This document shows positions 1 to 8,200 of a stretch of 45,308 nt of DNA, in pieces. The first letter of the stretch is position 1. Every line of letters starts with the position of its first letter. The stretch covers positions 1 to 45,308 of IMG/VR virus record IMGVR_UViG_3300027533_000010; one strand, written 5' to 3'. The notes beneath the pieces were generated by a model. The model had not been told where the DNA came from. It ran no database searches and saw only the letters and a list, made by a program, of their open reading frames with translations. Position numbers and translations under genes: made by a program. The stretch comes from a virus. Lineage: Duplodnaviria; Caudoviricetes.

Positions 1-127
1 CGCTACATCCTCGATCTCGATCACCTCTGGATTAGGGGTGGCTGGGTAGTACTTCGATCCAGAGAACAGCTGCTGCCAGTTGCCGTTCGATTTTGTTATC
101 ATTTCTTCTTCATCCTATAGTATGGAA
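1..127. repeat. Terminal direct repeat, copy 1 (circular assembly overlap)
   Basis: 1-127 is identical to 45182-45308. The stop of ORF 99..344 overlaps (ATGA) the start codon of the HD gene, which continues at the other end of the contig. Confidence 0.97.
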
Positions 128-344
128 CACGAGAGGCCGATCCGTTACTCCTTCTAACGCTCACAGTCCCAACCTGCTCAATCTTTCCAGCCTTCTCACC
201 ACTCCTAATCTTGAGTCTTGCCGTAGAGGTTGACACATTAAGTTGCTCTGCGAGATCGCTCACTGCAAAGCAGTCCTTCGGAATAGCCTCAGAGGTCTGA
301 CCTCCGAAGAATGCAAGCTCGTCCTCGGAAAACTTTATTGTCAT
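99..344 (-). CDS. Small winged-helix/HTH DNA-binding protein
   Basis: 81 aa; FAVSDLAEQLNVSTSTARLKI helix-turn-helix followed by a beta-wing (VGTVSVRR...VPYYR). ATGA-coupled to both neighbours. Confidence 0.7.
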   Translation of the reverse strand: MTIKFSEDELAFFGGQTSEAIPKDCFAVSDLAEQLNVSTSTARLKIRSGEKAGKIEQVGTVSVRRSNGSASRVPYYRMKKK

Positions 345-1177
345 GGTCGCACCACCGGACTTCTCTGCGGAACTCGAACCATCGCTCTGGTGAAAAGCTC
401 ACCGTGAGCAACACGGACGACAAGACCGCCAAACTGGGGAACAGAAACCCGTGCCCCTGGGATCTTCCACACGAACGGTGTTTTCCCCTGCCAGCACGGA
501 GTCACGACAGCAGACCCCATTCCCCCTTCGGTGGCGATCTCAGTCTTAATGTACCTGTGCCTATGGCTTCTGACGATCATGTCTGGAATGCCCTGACCCC
601 ATCTCGCACACTCAGTGTAGGTCTCAACCAATTCCTTGTGGACTGCTGTTGCCTCGTAAGCCTGAGATCCGGTCGAACCAACATGATGGAGGAAGTGAAT
701 CAACTTCGTTGTCCCCCCGTCACCGATCTCCACCCAGAGGTCGTAGCGTGAAGCAAGGCCCCCAGAGCCGATAGCTCCGAGTTCTTTGGCAATCTTCTCT
801 TCATTCTGAGCAGACTTTCCAACGTGCGCCTCTGTTCCACGGATCTGGTAGTAGCCCTTCATCTTGGGATCTTTGAGGAGCGGGGTCATTACATCCATTG
901 CGATCCTGTGCTGGTCGGCAAGATTGATAGAGATCAGCGTGCTCGCCTGATGATGAAACCCATCAACAATATCTCCATTGTGAACCAGTATATAGTCCTC
1001 TCCCTTTGTTGCCTCCGGTACGAACTCATCCCAGAAATGTCTCCACAAAAGCCAGAGCTTTTTCTGGAGTGGTGAGGGCCTATACTCTCCCTCTCCATCG
1101 AGAGTAACCCTCGGAGGACATAGAGCGTACTGACACCCGAAGTGGGTATCAGACACAACGACAATGTTTGAAATCAT
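341..1177 (-). CDS. Calcineurin-like metallophosphoesterase
   Basis: Motifs VVVSDTHFG, HNGDIVDG, IRGTEAH (GNH-equivalent), HH and SHRH in canonical order. Confidence 0.88.
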   Translation of the reverse strand: MISNIVVVSDTHFGCQYALCPPRVTLDGEGEYRPSPLQKKLWLLWRHFWDEFVPEATKGEDYILVHNGDIVDGFHHQASTLISINLADQHRIAMDVMTPLLKDPKMKGYYQIRGTEAHVGKSAQNEEKIAKELGAIGSGGLASRYDLWVEIGDGGTTKLIHFLHHVGSTGSQAYEATAVHKELVETYTECARWGQGIPDMIVRSHRHRYIKTEIATEGGMGSAVVTPCWQGKTPFVWKIPGARVSVPQFGGLVVRVAHGELFTRAMVRVPQRSPVVRP

Positions 1178-1752
1178 AGTTCGATCACCACGAGTACGCC
1201 AGTGAGTGCTCCGGCTGCGCCAGCGGCCAGCCAGTTTTCACCCTGAACAGAGAGCACGGTCACAACACTCCCAGCAGCGATAAGACCCTTCGCCCACCAC
1301 GGAGTTTTCTGAACGGTAGTTACCATCATGATCGGTGGTCTCTGGATGGGGGAGGTGTAGATGATTGGATCGTAGAACTTTTCTTGCATTGGATCGTAGG
1401 TAACGCTACCAACGAGACTGACGAGAATCTTACTCTCACCATTCTCTCTGTAGGTAATATCGCCCTCAAAAACACCAGTGTGGGGAGCAAGCTTTCTGGT
1501 GAGTGTCTCCTGGAGATGTTCACGGTCTGCGATCATCTCGGCAACCTGAGCCTTCAGCTTTGAAGTCTCGGCTGTGTCGAGCTTGGTGATCTCGGTCTTG
1601 ATTGGAAGGTAGATTGTGTCGGGGGGGAGTGGCGATTGCTCGACATACTCGATGACTTTTTCAACGGGCTGAGACCCATGAAAGAAGTATCCAACGACGA
1701 ACGCAAGCAGAAGAGAAACAACGAACGTAATGGTGGAACGTATCGAGTTCAC
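1174..1752 (-). CDS. Membrane-anchored coiled-coil protein, possible spanin-like lysis accessory
   Basis: N-terminal TM helix, central coiled coil (KLKAQVAEMIADREHLQETL), hydrophobic C-terminus; lies directly after the holin. Confidence 0.5.
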   Translation of the reverse strand: MNSIRSTITFVVSLLLAFVVGYFFHGSQPVEKVIEYVEQSPLPPDTIYLPIKTEITKLDTAETSKLKAQVAEMIADREHLQETLTRKLAPHTGVFEGDITYRENGESKILVSLVGSVTYDPMQEKFYDPIIYTSPIQRPPIMMVTTVQKTPWWAKGLIAAGSVVTVLSVQGENWLAAGAAGALTGVLVVIEL

Positions 1753-1778
1753 AGGCTCTCCGTTTCTATGATGTGGAC

Positions 1779-1807
1779 AAGATACTAAGTTTATAGTGAC
1801 TTGTCAA
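1779..1807 (-). promoter_or_regulatory. Sigma70-type promoter TTGACA-17-TATCTT
   Basis: -35 at 1802-1807, -10 at 1779-1784, 17-bp spacer. Same -10 hexamer as the promoters at 31139 and 43651. Confidence 0.75.
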
Positions 1808-2267
1808 GTGGTTCTGGCTCTCCCCCTGACACCTTCTTCAACTTAGACATGATCCACTCAGGGAGGACTTTTCCGGTCATCTGCTGGATTGACTTCAGGA
1901 TAGACAGGGCCTCGGTCACGGCAAAGTATGAGATCGCAAGCTCATCAAGGCTGATCGTTGCCAGCACCGGAGAGATGTCGTTCAGTCGATGGAAGAGAGC
2001 CACGATTACCGTATAATAGAGAAGTTTAAGGAGTGCGCCCCGAAATTTGGCAATACTAAACTGCTCGCCCAGCTTCCACATCTTTATGAGACCGATCACC
2101 GTGTCCGCAAGACAAATAGCCACCAACCACAGATAAGACTCCGGTCTCCCAAAAACCTCGGCTGCGAACGCAATCATGAGTGCCCACATCCCCTTCAGGA
2201 ACCCATCCTCAAAGGTTCCGTTAAGGGCCTTTATCACTGGATAAGAGAACGACCTTGTTACATTCAT
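1791..2267 (-). CDS. Phage holin (holin family 4-like)
   Basis: Several TM segments; LADTVIGLIK...KFRGALLKLLYY...TEALSILKSI...GKVLPEWI pattern typical of this family. Confidence 0.8.
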   Translation of the reverse strand: MNVTRSFSYPVIKALNGTFEDGFLKGMWALMIAFAAEVFGRPESYLWLVAICLADTVIGLIKMWKLGEQFSIAKFRGALLKLLYYTVIVALFHRLNDISPVLATISLDELAISYFAVTEALSILKSIQQMTGKVLPEWIMSKLKKVSGGEPEPLDKSL

Positions 2268-5200
2268 TGGAGCACCCCCTCAATCTGCAACATCCCCCTC
2301 GCAGCCTGCTTCTGCTGGTCTGCTGTCCTGTCGAGCAGAATCATTTTTTCATCGACAGGCATTTGTTTCCACGATGGATCGTTGATGATCTCAGAGAAGA
2401 TTTCTTTGAGTAGGCCCCCATAAATAACCTTGAGCCTCTCGTGATCCTCTGGGCTGATCTTCTCTCCATTGATGGTGTCGCCAATCTGGGATGGCTGATA
2501 GTCCAGCATCGCCAGTTCTTTCTTGATGGGATCGTTCACCGTCTGATCGCTCTTGACTCTGAACGGATTGAACGAGTTCATCAGGGGGAAATCTCTCTTT
2601 GACTCTTGACCAAACACATCACGGTACGGCAGGAGTGATTGTGAAGCACCAGGAATCCCCGCCTGAATCCCAGCCTTAACACCCTTCGTCTGTCTGAAAA
2701 CGGGATCAATCATCCGAGACACCCACCTCTGGAGAGAGACGAGCGGAATGAGTTGTGATGGAGCAGACTCTACGATCCCCTTGAACGCCCGTTCATTCCC
2801 ACGGACTGCATCCATCATCTCAGCAGCACCCTTAACGTACGATTGATTTGAGAAAAACTCAAGCGAAGAGAGCATTGTGTCTCCGAGCAGATCAATCGTC
2901 TCCTTGTCAAGCTGTCGGCCCTGTTCGACGGTATAGTGCTTCAGTGCTGCCGCCATCGCAATCGGGAACGAGATCGGCCCCAACTTTTCAAAGCTCACCC
3001 ACTGTCCATTGATCTTAATCGAGAACGGCTGCTTTCCCTGATCGTACCATTTCTGACGCTCTTTCTCATCCTTCGGGAGACTCCATGTTGCGTCACCCTC
3101 GAACACAGCCCATGCCGCACCGAGAAACACGGTCGATCCAACGATCTGTTTTGCAACCTGTTCAGGCTTGTGCTTTGACTTAAAGAGAGTCGTTAGTCCA
3201 ATGCCTGGTGTGAACTCAACACCCTGCTTCAGAATATTCATCGGGGTCTGAACGAACGGAATGAACCACGACACACCAGGAACCTTTCTCAGCCCATAGA
3301 TCCCCTGAGTCATCTGATCCATCGCAGACAGTACAGCACCCTGGCCAGTCTCGTTCCCAGCATCGAGGGCCTTACGGAACACCCAGTATTTTGCCCGTGC
3401 CTCAGCCTGAGCCTTCGCAACATCGGGAGCGATAGCCTTTCCAGATCTTCGAGCATTGTGAGAGATCGCTTCCAGTTCCCCGCCCGTTGCAATAGATCTA
3501 AACAGAACATCACCAGCCTCCAGGGCACGGAGGATTGGATGGAATGCTTGATTGAATTTCGCCAGCGGGACGCCGAACGGCGAGGAACTTTTCCCTGTAG
3601 GGGGGAGCATTCCAATGTCCGGCCTCTCGACAAACCTTCTTCCGAGGAGAGTTTCCCATGCGTCATTCAGTGCAGCAGGCACAGCATTGAGCGCACCCTT
3701 GTAGTATGGGCCAACGCTCGTAGAATAGTTCTCTCTTTCTCTGCCTGTAAGTTTGTGAGCGAACCAGTCAGTCCCACCCCACGCCAACCTTGTGGCCGGA
3801 GAAAGCCCAGCCACCTGAGCAAAGTTCGAGGTCGCATTCACGATGTGCGTGAGTGGCGACGACAAGAGGTTGATGTACCTGAAGATCGTCAGATCATCCA
3901 GGAACTTCGGCTTCTCATATTTCCGGTAGAACTGGGCAACAGCCTTCGGGTTTGTCCAGTCAAGATCCTTCCCAGCCTGGGCCAGTTCGTCCGCAGAAAC
4001 TCCAGCCTCCCTCAACCGAGTAATGATCTGTCCCTTGATTCCCTCGTGCGGGAGGAGACCGTCTGGGCCTGCCCCAATCCTCAAGGATGAAAAGAGTTGT
4101 GCGATCAGCCTGACGTTCGTTGAAACAAGCTCGGCCTCTTTGATAAGCTCCGCACTCACACCAGGTCGAGTGGAGGCATCGGAAAGAATCTTCCTGCTTC
4201 TCAAAAGCGAGGCAAGATAGTTCTTTGCCTGCTCACGACTCACGACCTTCGAGAGTGGGTCGGCAGTCTCGGCAGCCTCAGTAATCTCTTCAAAGGTGAT
4301 CGGCTTTCGCTCGTCCTTCAGTCCAGCAGCCATCAACTGATCCATCGCCTGAGTCACCTGAGTCTTTGCCTCTGGCGGAACATCGAGCCGATTGAGATTG
4401 ATGTTGACTGCGTACTTCGCAGCATCAGGAACCTTCTTCAGAAGCTCCACAAGCTCAGGATGTTTCTTCATCTCCTCAGTGATTCTCTTGTTGACCTCCA
4501 TTGCGTAGTCAGAAGCCTTGACCGTCCCATCCTTCACGAGAAGAGCAACATCTTTTCCCACCTGCTCTGCAAGAGGAGCGAGGATGTGGGCAACCTCACC
4601 GGGGATGTTGGTGATGTCCTGTATTTTTTTGGTTCCCTCAATCAGCCTTCCACGGGTTTCATCCAGTGCACGCTTCCACATATACCTTCTCCCGTGAACA
4701 GGGGGAGTGTAATCAACCATCTCAAGATGAGAGACCGAAGGAACGGTGGCTGATACGGACCCCACATCCTCTCCCATGTTTTCATAGAAAATTCCCTTTT
4801 CCTTGTTCCCAACCTTCAACCTTTTGAACATTGTCTTGTTGGCGTAATCATCTCCTGCCGAGGATTTTCTTGTCATTTTACCCTTCACCCTAACAGGCAT
4901 AATGACTGGCTTCGCAGTCATAGGAACACGAGAGTTGTCACTAAAGGATGCTCGACCCATCGGCAAATAATCATGCTCAGGAATATCCCCAGCGTTCGCC
5001 CCAGACTCAAGGTATTCACCCTTCCTCTGCAACGTCCGCTTTCCGGCAAGAAGAGTTTCTCCATACACTCTCGTCCCATCCCACTCACCAACGGCGGGAA
5101 CACCAATCCTCGCTTCAAGAGCTTGTCGTGCAGCCTCATAGGTTCCAACATGAAGCCCAGTTTTTCCGCCACGAAGATCTCCCGCCGTTCCATGCCAGAA

Positions 5201-8200
5201 TACGGTTGGATCGGCAGTCAACTCCATCACTGTCGGCGGAGCCTTCTCACCTTCAATCTTCGAGAACTCTTCTGGCAAGAGACCAACCTTCTGCTCTGCA
5301 AACGGTCGATCCTTCAATGGGATCTGCTTGAAAGATCCGTCCGGGTTTCGCATCTGCGGCCCGAAGTTCACCCAACTGTTCTGCCCACGGGTCTCGGTTG
5401 TCATCGCCCTGCGAGCGAGGGGTGAGAACATTCGTGCGTGAACATCCCATGCGTTCTCTTCACCCAAAGGCCCGAATGAATTACCTCTCTCTGAGTGACC
5501 AAAGAAGTCGTGAACAAACCGGAACACATCATTAACGAGGAGCGGTTTCCCATTCACATCATTCACACCAGAGAACTCAAGGAGCGGATGCTCGTCACGC
5601 ATCGCCTGCGTGATCTCTTTTCCAAACCCAGACTCGGTAGAGAAAATATACAGGTGTTTGTTCCGCTGAAGATCTTGAATCATCTCCGCACTATTCTTGT
5701 ACGGCTCACCCTCACCAGTGAAGATCTCAACCTTGTAGCCAGCCCCCTGGATCTCATCAAACTGATCGAGAGTCTCGTCGGCCATCGCACGATAGGCCCG
5801 ATTGGTCTCAAGGTCTTTCGGGTCTGACTTCAATTCATCGAACGCATCGGCAATCTTTTTGGATCTCTCAACGTCAAGAGTCTCGATTGGTTTCCCTTCG
5901 GGCGTTCTGATCCCTGCCTTCTTTCGATAGGAGGAAGAGATCTTTTTCGTCTCTGGGTTGGGCGGGTTGAAAAGCTTTTTCCCTGGAGGCGGAGCTTTCT
6001 GGAGAGCCTCGTACCTTCCCTGAATCTCCGGAGCACCCTCAACCTCACCGATTACCCCAGTACCACCAACGCCGATCTCTTTCTTGTTTGCAGTATCCCA
6101 GACTGCGATCTGATCCATCGCTCGTGCAGCCTCGATAGCCTTCGCCCTATCCATCATTGTAACGGACACATCGAGGTAGGACATCCCGTTGCTCACCCAC
6201 GTACCAATATAATGGTTCGGTTTCGAGAGAAGGTCTGCATTCTCGGAGGCAAACTTCTTAAACTGCGCCTCAGTGATCTTCTCGCCCTCAATAATCTTTC
6301 CTCTCTCTGGATAGATCGAGAGACCGAAACCACGATCTTGCGGGGGAGCTTCACCATTCAAGTTTCGAGTGCTGCCCTTGTGTTCGGAGTGTTCGACAGC
6401 CTGCCTAACGGGATCGTAAGCTTTTGCTTTCGCCTGGCCTGCGAACACTGCGTCAACAAAAGCGAAAGCTTCCTCTGCGCTCGCCGCAAACTTGTGTTTA
6501 CTGATACCGCGGGCACTAATAGAGACCGAAATCTCTTTGTGTGGATTATTTCGGTCAATGATGTGATCCTCGATCCAATTCTTCAGCACCCTCTTCTGCT
6601 GGCCACTCAGTGGTTTTCCAACCGAGAAACCAGGGCCTTCTGGAATCAATCGGACAGCACCACGATCCATTAGAAACCGAACATCACCCGCCCCAGCAAG
6701 AACGAGATCCTCGTGATCGTACACCCTCATATCATAGTCCGGCCTTTTCTTTTCTCCGAGGTCGATCATCGTCCCATCAGGCAGGAGAACCCCGCCACGC
6801 TTCACACTCTCGGTCTCACCGAACTTATCCACAAGCCTTTGACGGGTTTCGGCATCACTGAGAGATCCAACAGGCTTCCCTTCCTCCCCCTCTTTCATTC
6901 TGGCCGCTCGCTCGGCTGCGCCCTTAGCCACAGACTCGCCTGCGTCCGCCTTTGCAGAGGCCAGCTTCAATTCCTCCAGGTAGTCAGAATCCTTCTCTGC
7001 ATACTTGGCAACAGTGTCCCTGTACTTGTTTGCACGGTCAGCCTGCACCCTTGAATCGGTCGCATAATTGTCTGCTGCGGCCTGCCCACCTACTGGCTCT
7101 TTCTTACCTTCGCCAGCGTTCTCTTCAACACCTCGTTCGACGGAAGGCGGTTCTCCTGGCGGAGTTTTTCCGCCTGCTGACTGAGTTCGTCCTTCCAGTT
7201 CTCCGAACTCGGTTGATTCTCTTGCGATACGTTCTGCTGTCTCAACATAGGTCTCCTCCTTGAGTGTGACACCCTGTTCTTTGTAGATCTGTCGCTCGTT
7301 CTCCCAGAGCGCAGCCTGAACCTCCGGCAGAGTGAGATTATACTTCTCGCCCGTCAGAGGGTTGATCTGATTGTTGATCTCGGCCTGAAGTTTCCTGTAA
7401 CCCTCGATCACTTCCTGTCGTGCCTTTGGCGTAAGATCCCACCTCTTATCACTGATCCGCCCCATTGATCTCTGCCAGTTCTTGATCGCCCAGGTATCGA
7501 GCGTGACAGGCTCAGTCTCACCCAGAAGGTTCGCCATGAATGCACCGATCTTCGGGCCAAAGATGTAAGAGCCGTGAACGGGCTGGCCTGCGCCAAGCTC
7601 GTCTGCAACACCCCTCGTTGTGCCAGAGACCTCAGAGAGAATCTCGGACGGATGTCTCCCCGTAAGGAACTCGGCGGCTCCTTCAGGGCCATGCTTATCA
7701 ATCAGTCGGTTAATTCTTTCGAGTGAGAGCCGGACGTTCGCATCCCTTGTGCTCCAGCCTTCCCCGTTAATTCTTTCAAGATCAATCCTTCCTGTGCGTG
7801 CGAACGACTCGAACGCTTCGAGTGCAAACTTCAGGTTCTGAGAGAGTCCAGTCCCATTGCTCGTGACTGCGACCATCGCAGCAAAGAGCTTTTGAGCTAC
7901 AGGATTCTGAAGCTCAGGATAGATCGGAAGAAGTTTTTCAACAGCCCCAGAGAACTGTGTGTTGTAGAACTGGGAGCTTTCATAGTTACTCCTCAGTTCG
8001 TGCATCACATCGTTGTACTGAACATCCACAAACCTTTGAGCCTTGTCCGCAACGGGAGCGTCCTTACCAATGGGTCGCCCGTAATTCTTATCCATGAAGT
8101 CATTCATCGCATGATGAACTGCATCGGTCGTGCGCTCACCAGAGTCCGTGAAGCGTGTTCCTCGAACGGCCACCCTCTTCCCGTGCTCGACCTTCACATC

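Noticed and set aside
1-127. Terminal repeat as a biological direct terminal repeat
   Set aside because: The length of 127 equals a common assembler k-mer and the repeat cuts through coding sequence; it indicates circular assembly, not packaged ends.
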